Part shown: piece by piece, positions 13,266-27,585 of the stretch
Layout of the letters: every line of letters begins with the position of its first letter
Position numbering within the stretch: position 1 is the first letter of the stretch
Assembly (NCBI RefSeq): GCF_009914755.1
Contig: NC_060928.1
DNA: 64,000 nt
Direction: 5' to 3' (one strand)
Source of the DNA: the human T2T-CHM13v2.0 reference genome, Homo sapiens
Notes under the pieces: generated by a model
Seen by the model: the letters and a program-made list of their open reading frames with translations, nothing else
Told to the model about the DNA's origin: nothing
The model's database searches: none
Translations under genes and position numbers: made by a program

Positions 13266-14763
13266 CTAAATGTGGAGAAAACAAATTACAAAAATTCAGA
13301 AAGCATTATAATTACAATGCTGGGGGCATTTTATTCCCATTAGGAGGACCATGGATCTCTCCTTCCTAACTATAACACCTGCAGATCATTTCTCTGTGTG
13401 GACTTACCAGAGTCCAGTTTCTAACCCGTAGGGTGGAGAATAAGGTACTTCATTACAAACCTCAAATGCAGTGTCAACATGCTGAGACCATTTCCCTGAG
13501 CACTTGTTCCCTACAGCATGAGAGAAAATGACCCTTTAATGTGTATTCAGTCAAAAAAAATATATTTGTATTAGGAATATTTCTCTGAGACTTCTGTGCT
13601 GGGAATTAAAGCTATATCTATATACGTAAAATAAACAAACTGCCCCGTGGCTGGTCTGCTCATTTCAGCTGTCTTCATGATCAATGTGGATTGTTGCACA
13701 ATCGATTCAACCACAGCAATCAGTATTATTCATGCACTCTAGGAAACTTGGTGCAAGTAAAATGGCTGGGATGTTGGAAAGTGTACTCACTTGTTAGATA
13801 TTTGATTTAAGGAATTTTGAAAAAATCGCATTTTATTTTTTTAAACTCTCAATTTAATCTTTTCTGAGTCAAAATGTTGGATCCCTAGAATAAAACCTGA
13901 AGTTTGAGATAATCTTTTCAACATCTCATTAATGATAATTTCTGTAAAATCTTAATAATTTATCGTGAGTCTTCTAGTGCTAAATATACACTTAAAACTC
14001 AGAGAAAAATTGCCATCATAATTTCCAGGACAGTAAAGCTTGAATGTCTAGAAAAACAGTGTGTGGTTCACAGAAACTTAGATTAAAGTCCAGTTGGTTA
14101 AAAAAAATACTCTTTGCAAAATTTTCTCTAGCATGTATCATACGCAAAAATGCCCAATTTGGCAGCTTTTCTAGGTAGCTTTCCAATCATCAGTCCGGCA
14201 GCAACCTACAAGGATTTAATAATTCTTATATCTAGGCTTTTCAAAGACTCTTTGTAAGAAATTTTGATTTTTTCTATATTGTAAATATCAAAGAGATTAA
14301 CTTCCCAAGAAGTCACTTTGTTTAGTAAAAGCCAACTACAAACAAGAGGCCGCAAATCAAAGTATGTTGTACAGACATCATTATTGGCCACATAGTGAAA
14401 TTCTACAATATCAAATGCCCCAAAGTAAATTGGATTCCAGGTGAATTTCTGTGATAATATTGAATGCATCTGCCATTGAAAAGAGACATCTGTAGGTCTT
14501 CAGGTGAAATTGTTTACTAACTTAGGTCAATATAATTTGACTACCAATTGACAAAATTGTTCTATTGGATATATAAAGGCTATCCTCCAGGAAAGTTAAA
14601 TATCTGCTAAAATTGCGAAGATTCTGATATCCAAAAATACCATGAATACCATGTGAGAAGCAGAGTCTACTATGAAGACCACAGAATATCTGTGTTGTCA
14701 GTTCATTTCGACTAGAAATCAGTTGTATTCCTCGTGGAATATAAGGAATATATTCCTTCAAGG

Positions 14764-15124
14764 CAGCAGATGTTAAACTTCTTGGTCTCAGGATACCTTT
14801 TCACTTTAAAAAATATTGAGGGCTTCAGGAGTTTATATATATGTTGACTATCTCTGTCAATATATAGCATATTAAAATTTAAACTGAGAAATTTTTTAAA
14901 CACAAGAATACACAGGCACACGTTCCATTGGCTGTCAGAGTGATCGCATAGTCACTCTTCGTGAAACCTCTGGAGAACACTGCGTGCCCACGGGAGAATG
15001 AGAGCAACAATGGCAAACAACGTCTCCTTATTAAAATGCTTTGACCTCACCAAGGCCTTGAAACAGTATTGGGGACCCCTAAACACGTCTCAGGGACCTG
15101 TTTCACACATCATGAGAAATGCTG
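14764..15124 (+). mobile_element. hAT-Charlie MITE (Charlie1/MER119-like)
   Basis: cagcagatgttaaacttcttggtctcagga...aaaactgagaaattttt...tgagaaatgctg; degenerate CAG...CTG terminal inverted repeats. Confidence 0.7.
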
Positions 15125-15292
15125 TTCCAAAGACTTTTTCTCACTTGTAGAAGCTGGATAATAATAATCACAAAGATTTGTTTGTTACATATATGTTGTG
15201 TAAATATAAATGATCATTACTGAGCAAACTTCCTAACCTCTCCAAGCATGAGTTCCATCAGCTGTTAAATGGATATAACAATACCAGTCTTG

Positions 15293-15466
15293 AGGGATAG
15301 CATTAGGAGATATACTTAATGTTAAATGACGAGTTAATGGGTGCAGCACACCAACATGGCACATGTATATATATGTAACAAACCTGCACATTGTGCACAT
15401 GTACCCTAAAACTTAAAGTATAATAAAAAAATAATAATAATAGTACCTCCAAAAAAAAAAAAAAAA
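15293..15466 (+). mobile_element. Extremely 5'-truncated L1PA 3' end inserted into a MIR
   Basis: gggatagcattaggagatatac...cttaaagtataataaa plus poly-A; TSD accagtcttg on both sides; MIR sequence flanks it. Confidence 0.92.
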
Positions 15467-15953
15467 ACCAGTCTTGCACGGTGGTTGTGAAAATTAGCAT
15501 TGATGTGTGTCTAACCCAAAGTAGGCACTTACACATTACAAAATTTATCTAATTTGTTTAACTTCTTTCTAACTATTAATTAATTATGAAGCAAAGCTAT
15601 GAAAAATGTATAATCTAGGAAAGGTTTTTCTTCTTATGCAATAATGACCAAATGAAGGGAACACGTCAAGAACTATCCTCTGGCTATTGTTATTCTGATG
15701 CAAAATGTGCTGCTGAATGTTTCTTACTAGATACTTACAGAAGCATGAAGAACATTTGTCAAACTTAGTCCTGAAAAGGTATGGAATTTGTGGGGCATAA
15801 TTAAACATGAATATAACATTTCACACAAAGTGATAACACTGGAATGAAAAAAGAACTGGGGCTTCATGGAGCATGGAGCATTTGTGGTGTATTTGAAGGG
15901 AGAGGAGGTATTTGACGATAAGACACTGGTAGGAGTTGAGTGAAGCACATTTT

Positions 15954-16466
15954 TTTATTATTATTATTATTATTATTATACTTTAAGTTTTAGGGTACAT
16001 GTGCACAATGTGCAGGTTAGTTACATATGTATACATGTGCCATGCTGGTGTGCTGCACCCATTAACTCGTCATTTAGCATTAGGTATATCTCCTAAAGCT
16101 ATCCCTCCCCCCTCCCCCCACCCCACAACAGTCCCCAGAGTGTGATGTTCCCCTTCCTGTGTCCATGTGTTCTCATTGTTCAATTCCCACCTATGAGTGA
16201 GAATATGTGGTGTTTGGTTTTTTGTCCTTGCGATAGTTTACTGAGAATGGTGATTTCCAATTTCATCCATGTCCCTACAAAGGACATGAACTCATCATTT
16301 TTTATGGCTGCATAGTATTCCATGGTGTATATGTGCCACATTTTCTTAATCCAGTCTATCATTGTTGGACATTTGGGTTGGTTCCAAGTATTTGCTATTG
16401 TGAATAGTGCCGCAATAAACATACATGTGCATGTGTCTTTATGGCAGCATGATTTATAGTCCTTTG
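15954..16466 (-). mobile_element. 5'-truncated young L1PA (L1PA2/3-like) 3' end
   Basis: Near-consensus antisense L1 3' UTR; ORF 16180-16473 is the ORF2p C-terminus (FIAALFTIA..WNQPKCP..DWIKKMWHIYTMEYYAAIK); TSD gaagcacatttt. Confidence 0.95.
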
Positions 16467-17137
16467 GAAGCACATTTTAAGAGAAAGAAATCTTCAAAGC
16501 TTGACTGTTGGTCACAAGTCAAGGTTGGAGGCACCTCCAAGCCCTCCAAATACTAGATAAGGATGAGCTGACAGCAATAGGATTGCATAGAAGTTGTGTT
16601 AGGCTCCCAAGTACTCTCCCTGATTCCATGCAGTCATGGGAAATTGCTTCTCCTCATCCTGGCAGAAGCAAGGTTTGCTTTCTGCAGACACTCATTCAGA
16701 GAAGCTGTGTGTAGGTGTAAGGCACTGCCCCAGGGGAGTGTCAGGTGCTGCTGAACACAGAGGGATGAAACTGGTGTCTCCATCCTGAAGAGTGACAGCC
16801 CTGTCCCTTGCACTTGAACCCTGAACACTGGCACCCTAGATAATATCATTCAGGGAAAAGAATAACTCAAAAGGAATGAAATTTGGATATTGATTTTGGG
16901 AATCTACCAAGAAAATGACTGGCTCCTTAATCAGTGTATAGTGAGGCCCATCAGTCAACAAGCTCACCCAGGTACAGGGAGTTTCTGAGAAGTTGTCTGC
17001 ATCTTGTTCTTAAATTTTACTAGTGACCTAAGAAATAAGGATTACTATACATTTGAGAATAGCTTGTCATATGTAAGATAGGGAGCAAACCTCCCCATAC
17101 TCTGATAGCCAGCTGGGTAGCTAGCTAGAAGACTGAT

Positions 17138-17294
17138 GATAGGTAGGTAGGTAGGTAGGTAGGTAGATAGACAGATACATACATACATACAGATAGATAC
17201 ATACATAAGTAGATACATAGATTAGATGATAGGTAGATACATACATACAGATAGATATATACATACATAAAAAGATACATAGATTAGATGATAG

Positions 17295-17342
<48 letters not shown>

Positions 17343-17365
17343 CAGATAGACCGACCAATAGATAA
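17138..17365. repeat. Compound tetranucleotide STR (TAGG/TACA/TAGA)n
   Basis: Blocks of taggtagg, tacataca and about 11 consecutive gata units. Confidence 0.95.
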
Positions 17366-17565
17366 AAGAGCTCTGAAGTCAGACTGCTTGGGTTGAAACA
17401 TTGTCCCTGCCCCCTTTGCTAATCGAATGACCTTGAATAAGTCACTTAAATCCTGAAGCCTCAATTTTCCTTATCTGTGACATGAGGATAATAATAGTTC
17501 CTACCTAATAAAGGTGAAGATTACATGAAATAAAGTATGACGTGCAGACTAAGCATCTAATACAT
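17366..17565 (+). mobile_element. MIR
   Basis: gctctgaagtcagactgcttgggttgaa...gaccttgaataagtcacttaa...ctcaattttccttatctgt...ataatagttcctacc. Confidence 0.85.
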
Positions 17566-18170
17566 ATTTTCAACATAATTGGCAAAAAGTGCAGGGTATG
17601 CTTGAAAAACTCCGTTTTTCGGCTTAGTTGAATTACTCTGAACATAAAGTAGAAAGCGAAGATAGAGCCAGATGGTATTTTATTTTGACTATTACATACT
17701 AATATAACTTAGGCTATGTGAGAGAATTATTTACAGGGAAAAGTTTACTAACCTTTTCTTCACCTAAGAAAGTTCCCACGAGGCACTGCCTCACACCTTC
17801 TGCCCCCAACAAGAAACAGTGCGTGACTCTTGAGTACACAGGGTGTGAAAAGCTCATAATACCCTAATATGTCTCTCTAAGTACAATTGGTTGTTCATGT
17901 TAAATTGGAAACACTTAATAACTGCAAAGTTAATATGTGATTAAATAACAACAGCAAAAAACCTCTTCTCCCTCTTGCCCAAATAGGGGCTCATAGCTCT
18001 TTCAGTGTACCCGGGGCCCCTTTCTCAGCTTCAGAAGGCTGGATATTGTGGCAATTAATTGTTTAAACACACTACGAAGGATTATGATGAGAGGAAAACA
18101 TAAAACATAATAAACACTTGGTAACCAGTTTATTTCAATAGCAGCTCCTCTGCCAAGCCAGCAGATTTTT

Positions 18171-18365
18171 CTAGGACAGAGCTCCCTTCCATAGGCAGCT
18201 AATCTAGGACAGAGCTCCCTTCCATAGGCAGCTAATCTAGGACAGAGCTCCCTTCCATAGGCAGCTAATCTAGGAAGAGCTCCCTTCCATAGGCAGCTAA
18301 TCTAGGACAGAGCTCCCTTCCATAGGCAGCTAATCTAGGAAGAGCTCCCTTCCATACACAGCTAA
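18171..18365. repeat. 33/32-bp minisatellite, about 6 copies
   Basis: Unit ctaggacagagctcccttccataggcagctaat; copies 4 and 6 lack one C. Confidence 0.97.
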
Positions 18366-18838
18366 GAAAGATCAGGGGAATGGCCTTCAATGGACCCCGC
18401 TCATCATTCCCTACACAGTCGCAAAAGGCTCACCACCTCCTTCCCATGGCCCGGCTAAAAGAAAAGGTGTTATGTTTCTTTAACTCTTTGGAGCATAAAG
18501 GAGCTGTTTTTTTTTTTTAGTAAGAATAACATTATAATCAGGTGTTGTTTAAAAATAGCAACAAGGCACAAAGAAAACAGGCATTGACACCAAGAAAAAT
18601 TAGCTGACACCACGTAATAGGAGAGATTTATTCATGAATGACGGAAAGTTATAGAACTTCTTTTCTTTCCTTAGCAGCATGTCATCATTGCAACAAAGTC
18701 ATGGCAAGAGCACGTGCAACATTAGGTTCAATTGATCTCAGATCCTTCCTCACCAGTGTCGCAGCAAATTCATTCTTCACCAATAGCTTAAGTCTTTCTA
18801 GGTTCCTAGACTCCTATGTCTCAGGTGGGGTTTTTTAA

Positions 18839-19203
<365 letters not shown>

Positions 19204-22140
19204 GAGAGGTGGTTTTTTAATTGGTGAGAGGGCTGGGGGGATCAGGCAGGGGAGGTTGCAGTGGCATTGGAGAAGACAATGCCTAGGGGTTGATTAGTTA
19301 CCACTACTAAGGGCCTACAGATTCATTTGGGAAAAATTCTATGGAAAATCAACTGGAGGAAGGTTTCTTCCTTGGGGAGGGTAATGCAGGGTGCCCATGT
19401 GGACATGCATGTGAGCATGTGCGTGCTGTGTGTAGGCTCCAATTACCCTTCAAATGCTAATCTTCTATGATTTTACACATTGATACCATGACCAAAACAT
19501 GTTAATTACACATGTGCACAGATCACTGGAAAATGTATATCGCTGAAGACTTAGTTTCTTCCATGTCTAGAGCTCAGTTTATTAATATGTTGTTCCATAT
19601 AACAAGTTCATTAATGTTGCTGATTTTTAACATTTAGAATATTAATAGTTCTGAGCATGATATTTTGATCTTTCCTCAGAGTGATTTTTGAAAATATGAA
19701 AAATGAGAAGAGAAGTAGTTACCTATTAACTTGCTGAAGTCTGACAGGAACAGTTGACCAGAGTCCCCTGCAAGGGCTCTTGGGAGCACTGGGTACCGAG
19801 CAGAGCCTTCATCCTTGTTAATTAACCGTCCAACATTGAGACAGGACTTCTGCTTAGAATAAATGGCTTGTTAGAAAACAGAGCTACACACATACACAGA
19901 ATCTTTTCATTCACGGATAACTGAGTGTTTTAGAAAATCCAGACTTTTCTAAGACTTTCCAAGTTTTAATTTCAAATATATTTTCCATGTTTACATTATA
20001 ACTGACCATGTGTCTAAATATAGCTAGTCTATACTATATGTATTCTAATTGCTTGATATGGAGCCTGCAGCTGAGTACTTGAATCCAGCATTCACAGAGT
20101 GATACAGTGTATGAAAACCTTTTACAATATTTTCAAACAAATGTAATGAATAATAATGATTTAAAGGTCATAACTCTTAGCTATTCTTATATTTTATGAC
20201 ATTCCTCTGCAAGGCAATATGCATTAAACAATGGCTAAACATTAAAAATATGTTTTAGAAGATTTTAAAAATAAGAGGCATTTCAGATCTGCAGAAAATC
20301 CTCATGTGTCATATTATTTTAAAGAAATGCTGGAATGCAAATATGAATTGACCTATACTTGATTATCTGTTTTGATTTCATTATTCAATGTCTTCACATG
20401 GAAGATCTTGACAGTCCAACAATTCGTTTTCTGTTCTCTTTTCAGATTTTTTTTTAATTTGGAAAAAGAAAATGGCATTTTATTTCCTGCTTTTATGGAC
20501 TCCAAAGTCATAAAATTGTAAAGAGGAGAAAAACTGTCAATTTTTTAAAGGTTAAATGCAAGAAAATTAGAGTGCCTAGAAGAGCAGACTCTGGATTCAG
20601 TGCTGAAAGGTAGATAGCGCTGGAAGGCAAACTCAAGGCTGAGTATTGAACAAAAAGATTGAGCAAGGGTAAATATGCAGAAGCAGCCCCGGTGAACCAT
20701 TCCAGTGATTTCCTTTGCCCATGTAGTTGCATTGAGTTGCACTGAATGTGTGCAGCCTTTTTACTGCATAGTAGAAGAATGGCAATTGTGTTTTTAAGCT
20801 GACCATTAACTTTAGAGGGAAAGCTGCCGAAAGGCAAAATTTTCCTTCCCTTCTGCCCTCAATTTTTCCTCTCAAGGTGTAGGATGGAAGCTTTGTAGTT
20901 AAGAAAAATCTCAGTAGGCCTGTCAGAAAAACTAGATTCTAATTGCTGAGTGTAGCAGAGCTAGCACAGTTTTTAATGTTTGCACAGTAGAATTAGTTAA
21001 AGCAAGCTCTGCAGATACAGGTTTCCATGTGGGGAACACATGATGTTCTGACCGACAAGTTGGGTGTTTTTAGTTCCAGACATTGCTTGAAACAATAGAC
21101 ACCATGGGTGAAAGAAAGAAAGGGGGACTTATCACTGCAGAACCTGGCACGCATGAAGAGGATTTCCCCCGGCCCAGTGAAAACATGGGCCTATGAATAT
21201 TTTCAAGAAAAGATTTTCACTTAACTCTCTCTGTAAAACACAGTTGTTGGGGTGTGGTATGGTTTGGCTGTGTCCCCACCCAAATCTCATCTTGAATTGT
21301 AGCTCCCATAATTCCCATGTGTCCTGGGAGGGACCCAGTGGGAGGTAATCGAATCATGGGGGTGGGCCTTTCCTGTGCTGTTCTCATGATGGTGGATAAG
21401 TCTCATGAGACCTGATGGTTTTATAAAGGGCAGTTCCCTTGCACAAGCTCTCTTGCCTGCTGCCAGTAAGACATGCCTTCGCGTCTCCTTTGCCTTCTGC
21501 CATGTGTGAGGCCTCCCCAGCCATGTGGAGCTGTGAGTCCATTAAACCTGTTTCCTTTATAAATTACCCAGACTCAGGTATGTCTTTATTAGCAGTGTGA
21601 GAATGGACTAATACAGAAAATTCATACTGGGTAGTGGGGTGCTGCTGTAAAGATACCCAAAAATGTGGAAGCAACTTTGGAACTGGGTAACAGGCAGAGG
21701 TTGGAACAGTTTGGAGGGATCAGAAGACAGGAAGATGTGGGAAAGTTTGGAACTTCCTAGAGACTTGTTGAATGGCTTTGACCAAAATGCTGATAGTGAT
21801 ATGGACAATAAAGTCCTGAGGTGGTCTCATATGGAGATGAGGAACTTGTTGGGAACTGGAGCAAAGGCAACTCTTGTTATGTTTTAGCAAAGAGACTGGC
21901 AGCATTTTCTCCCTGCCCTATAGATCTGTGGAACTTTGAACTTAGAGATGATTCACAGAATCTGGCAGAAGAATTTAAGCAGCAAAGCATTCAACAGGTG
22001 ATTTGGTGCTGGTAAAAGCATTCAATTTTATGTATTCACGAAGATATGGTTTAGAATTGGAACTTATGTTTAAAAGGGAAGCAGAGCATAAAAGTTTGAA
22101 AAATTTGCAGCTTAACAATGTGATAGAAAAGAAAAACCCA

Positions 22141-22559
<419 letters not shown>

Positions 22560-23296
22560 TCATGGCAGCCCCTCCCATCACAGGCCTGGAGGCCTAGGAG
22601 GAGAAAAAATGGTTTAACAGGCTGAGCTCAGGGCCTGGCTGCTTTGTGCAGTCTCAGGACTTGGTGGCTGGCATCCCAGCCATGGCCAAAAGGGGCCAAC
22701 GTACAACTCAGACCATTGCTTCAGAGGGTGCAAGCCCTAAGCCTTGGCATCCTACCTGCAGTGTTGGGCCTTCAGGGGCACAGAAGTCAAGAACTGAGCT
22801 TTGGGAACCTCAGCCTAGATTTCAAAGGATGTACGGAAATTCCTCAATGTCCAGGCAGAGGTGCACTGCAGGAGCAGAGCCCTCATGGAGAACCACTGCT
22901 AGGGCAGCACAGAAGGAAAATGTAGTGTGGGAGGTCCCACACAGAGTCCCCACTGGGGCACTGCCTGGTGGAGCTGTGAGAAAAGGGCCACCATCCTCCA
23001 GACCCCAGAATGGTAGATCCACCAACAGCTTGCACGGTGCACATGGAAAAGCCACAGACACGCAATGCCAGCCTGGGAAAGCAGCCAGGAGTGGGGCTGT
23101 ACCCTGTAAAGCCACAGGGGCAGAGATGTTCAAGGCTGTGGGAGCCCACCAGGTCATCAGCATGACCTGGATGTGAGACATAGAGTCAAAGGAGATCATT
23201 TTAGAGCTTTAAGATTTGACTGCCCTGCTGGATTTCAGACTTGCATGGTACCTGTATTCCCTTTGTTTTGGCCAATTTCTCCCATTTGGAATGGCT

Positions 23297-23392
23297 GTAT
23301 TTACCCAATGGCTATACCCCCATTGTATCTAGGAAGTAACCAACGTATTTACCCAATGGCTGTACCCCCATTGTATCTAGGAAGTAACCAAC
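23297..23392. repeat. 48-bp tandem duplication inside the THE1 internal region
   Basis: gtatttacccaatggct(a/g)tacccccattgtatctaggaagtaaccaac x2. Confidence 0.95.
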
Positions 23393-24140
23393 TTGCTTTT
23401 GATTTTACAGGCTGATAGGTGGCAAGGACTAGCCTTGTTTCAGATGAGACCTTGGACTGTGGACTTTTGAGTTAATGCTGAAATGAGTTAAGACTTCAGG
23501 GGACTGTTGGGAAGGCATGATTGGTTTTGAAATGTAAGGACATGAGAATTGGGAGGGCTCAGGGACAGAATTATATAGTTTGGCTGTGTTCCCACCCATA
23601 TCTCATCTTGAATTGTAGCTCTCACAATGCCCACATATGTAGTGGGAAACACCCGGTGAGAGGTAATGGAATCACGGGGGCGGGTCTTTCCCACGCCGTT
23701 CTCATGATAGTGCATGAGTCTCACAAGATCTGATGGTTTTTTAAAGGGCAGCTGCCCTGCACATGCTCTCTTGCTTGCTGCCGTGTAAGACATGACTTTG
23801 CTTCTCCTTTGCCTTCCACCATGATTGTGAGGCTTCTCCAGCCATGTGGAACTGTGTGTGCATTAAACCTCTTTCCTTTATAAATTACTCAGTTTGGGGT
23901 ATATCTTTATTAGCAGCATGAGAATAGACAAATACAGGCTGTTTCAGAGCTTAGTGTGTCCTGCTGATGCTTGCACAGTCCTTTGGAACCATCTGTGCCC
24001 TGCAGTGAGTCCTGTTCCTTTTTTCATATTAGCTCTGAAACCACCCTTTACAAGTATTTTCAAACTATCTGAAAAACAGCACTTGATTTTCCTCAGTGTT
24101 ACAGATGCAGGAAGCCATCAAAGTATTATTTGTTTCAAAG

Positions 24141-24189
24141 CTCTATGAATTTTTAGGCAAATGTCACTCTATGAATTTTTAGGCAAATT
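24141..24189. repeat. 26-bp period tandem duplication
   Basis: ctctatgaatttttaggcaaat repeated at 24141 and 24167. Confidence 0.9.
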
Positions 24190-24714
24190 CAGGCAAAAAA
24201 CAAGTAAATTCTCATTTAATATGCCATATGTTTCTGGTGCCTAAACTCCTCTTGGAGAATAAAAGGAACCTTTAGAACACTGTGTGGCCTCCCACACTCT
24301 TCAAGGCACTTACCTTACTCTCGAGGAATAACAGAGACATCTAGGTAATCTTAATTAATTACTACTGACAGGATGGGAGAGAAGTGTGTCTAAGGCACTT
24401 ATCAGTATCATCAACAGAATTACATTTAGAAAATCTGCTCTGTATAGGAAATTGTGCTCCATAGTGCCCTGGGGAAAATAACAATAACATATGACACACT
24501 GCCTGCCTTCAAGGAAATTATTATCTGGGTGAAAATAAGATAGACACCTGTGAAGGTAAATAGCAAAACGGGTGGTATCAGTTACCTGCAAAATGAGAGG
24601 TACGAAGAAGTAATCCAGAAAATCAGAGTAGTATATCACCCCAGCATTGGAAAAGACATTAAAAGTCTTCTAGTTCAGTAATTTACTGATGCTTGAGTTC
24701 ACTTGCAACATAAG

Positions 24715-24945
24715 AGTTCACATTTATTGAGTATTATTATTGCAGACATTGTTCAAAGTATTATGAAAATACATATTGAAAATATATGTTCATTGTTTCA
24801 CATAACATTTTCATGAGCTGGGATTGTTTACAAAGGAGAGAATTAAAAATCAGAAAACGTGAATAATTTGTCCAAAGTCCCATAGTCACTAAATGATAGG
24901 GCAGTGGTTCAAACTCAGGTCTTCCCTACCTAGAGCCAGTGCCCT
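24715..24945 (-). mobile_element. MIR fragment
   Basis: catttattgagtattatta...aataatttgtccaaagtcccatag...ttcaaactcaggtct. Confidence 0.65.
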
Positions 24946-27019
24946 TCATCAGTGTAAGATAGTCATGCTGGCCTCTCCAGTCATGGAGGCCCAGACAATT
25001 CCCAGTGGCTCATTCCATCACAGGGAGATGGGGAGAATAGTAAGGGTTTCATAGACTTGAATGTTCCAGAAAGAAGGAAGTCAAAAAGTTAAAATTAAAG
25101 AAATACTAATTAATATTTTAAAAGGCAAATTCCAAACCACACATGTAATCTGTAGAATGCAGATTTGTACACCTTTGAGGGAACTCAACTTTCAACTATC
25201 AGAATCAGTCCTGGGTAGCTAGGATGATGGTTTGAGAATAGTGTTATTTTTCAAGATCTTTGCTTCTGTGAAATTTTAAAAGGTAATTGAAATATTGAGA
25301 AGCCTATGAAGAGGTGAATTTAATATAATCCACAGAATGACAAATGTACATTTAGAGGATTTAAATTTAGGAATGATGGGCAACTGATGCAATGGTTACT
25401 ATTGGCCGTTTGATAAAAGTTCTTTGGTTTTGGAATTTATTTAGTATCCAACAACATCTTTTGCTAAATCTATAGCTCTCCCTTGAGTTTTATCTTTTCT
25501 CTTGTTCATTGGTTTATTTAATTTCAAAGACAATTACACACGCCAAAGTAATGATCCTACAGATGTATAAGTGTATCCTGAGATAAATAAATTATGGACA
25601 TTTTGGTAATTAGCAAATGGAAGGGGAGCAGCTGGATGCTTAACACAGATGGGTTTATTGGTTAAAATAAACTTCAGTTTGCCTTTTTTTCAAATTAAGC
25701 AATATTAGCCCCTTTTGTTGCTTTGTGAACAATCAACCAAACAGCATAATTCTAGATGGATTGCTCTTTGATTGCCATTGCTAAATCTAATTCTAATGAT
25801 TTAATTGTTTTTAATTTCTCTGTGGCCTATATGTGTGGGCTGTGTCCCTGTCTGTGAGGCTTAAAATCTGAGGAAAAACATGCTTCATATTCTCATGAGC
25901 AAAGTATTCATATGTGATCTGGATTGTAGCTTTGTGCCAAGCTTCTTCTACAAATGAGAATGAAAGGAAAATTTGTCGAATACAATTTTACCCTCTTAGG
26001 TTTTTCTTTATAAGAAATAACAGTTCAGTGTGATTATGTAAAATCATTGGGAATGGGGTGATCCAGTGTTTTAAGAATACGTGTGTAAATATAAAAGATA
26101 GAATTATTGATTAAAATATCCTTACAAAATAATCATGTCACTTCACTGCACCAAATGGCGATGGATCACCCCCTTCTATAAAAGAAAAAACAAAACTTCC
26201 TTGACAGCGCATTAAATGTCTTGCATAATCCGACCACAGTCACACTGACTTGGACTAGATATTGGGGACCCCAAGTGATACAATGCATGCAAAGATTGTT
26301 GAAGGAGCCCTTTGGATCTGGGTTAAACTGTGACCCAGCACATGCTAGTTGAGCAGCCTCAAACACGTGAATTAAACTGTCTAAATGTGGTTTTCCTCAC
26401 TGAGGGGGGATAATAATGCTACCTTTCCTACAAGGTCGTAAGACTAGATGAAATGATAAAAAGGGCTTAGCACAGTGCTTGGCTTTATGCTCCATGCGTG
26501 ATCTACTTACCTTTCGTTTCTGTATTGTTGCTGCTGTTGTAACTTTTATTATCTGACCTCTCATGCGTATTTGCACCTGAAGATCTGTCTAGAGTGCTCT
26601 TTTGTCATCTGAATGATCAAATTCCATAAATCTTTCAGGACTCAGCTCATCGGCCATCTCTTCCACTACATTTTGCCAGTCTTCCCTAGCTAAAAGCTAA
26701 TTCTTCTTCTATAAAAGCATTGCAATTCTTATTGTCAGTGACAGTCATTTGTACTTAATCCTTACAGGCTTCTTTAGGTATTTATCTCTTCATGTACTTC
26801 TCAGTGAGATAGCAGACTCCTTAAAAGCAGGAACTGAGGCAATTTCTACATATCTTTTGCAGTTTCTGGCAGAATTGCAAGCAATGAATATTTGTTGTTT
26901 TATTATTTTTTATCCTTCATGGTTGGGAATTATATGTTGTTTTAATCAACACTCAACAAATCCAGAATGCCTCATCATTAGATGAAATGGCCAGAGTTAA
27001 ATGGCAACCTAATCTGATA

Positions 27020-27275
27020 GCTCACATTTATTAAACATTACTGCTAATGTTTTTTATGTCCCAGACACTGGTTCTAAGCACTTCATAAGTTTTATTTTCT
27101 TTAATCCTCTTGCAGACACTATGAGGTCTGTATTATTTTAATTATTTTAGATCAGAAGATAATAAAGCACAGAAGGTTCAAAAAAATTTTTCCAAGGTTA
27201 TATAGTCAGCTTGAGATTGAGCCAGGGTTTAAATCCAGGCAGACTAAGTCCAGACAGAGACCATGCTCTTAACCT
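27020..27275 (-). mobile_element. MIR fragment
   Basis: cacattttattaa...tgtcccagacactggttctaagcactt...ttaatcctc...aaatccaggcag. Confidence 0.7.
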
Positions 27276-27585
27276 CTATTCAATTCTATCTATCCATTAA
27301 TATATTCAGTCATCTTCTTAGGTTCTTTTCAACTGGGCAAAACCCATAAAGCTGAGAAATAACTATGGCAGATGTCATTTTTCATCCTTTTAGGGGGCAT
27401 ATTATGTAAATATGCCTATTTACATAATAAAAAATCAAGTCTATAGATAATGAGACAAAATATTTTAAATTAAGACTGCCTTGGCAAAAATCTGGGTACA
27501 AGATGAAAATAAAAATAGGTAACACATTTTGAGGTATCAGGTATTAGGCTGATAAAGTGAATTTTCATATTTTGGTTATTACTGC

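Noticed and set aside
18675-18824. Possible 150-nt plus-strand exon open in one frame
   Set aside because: The donor (gtgggg) is weak, the peptide is unrecognised and no partner coding exons were found.
22646-23176. 176-aa ORF
   Set aside because: It lies wholly within the THE1 internal region, has a non-ATG start and is a MaLR relic.
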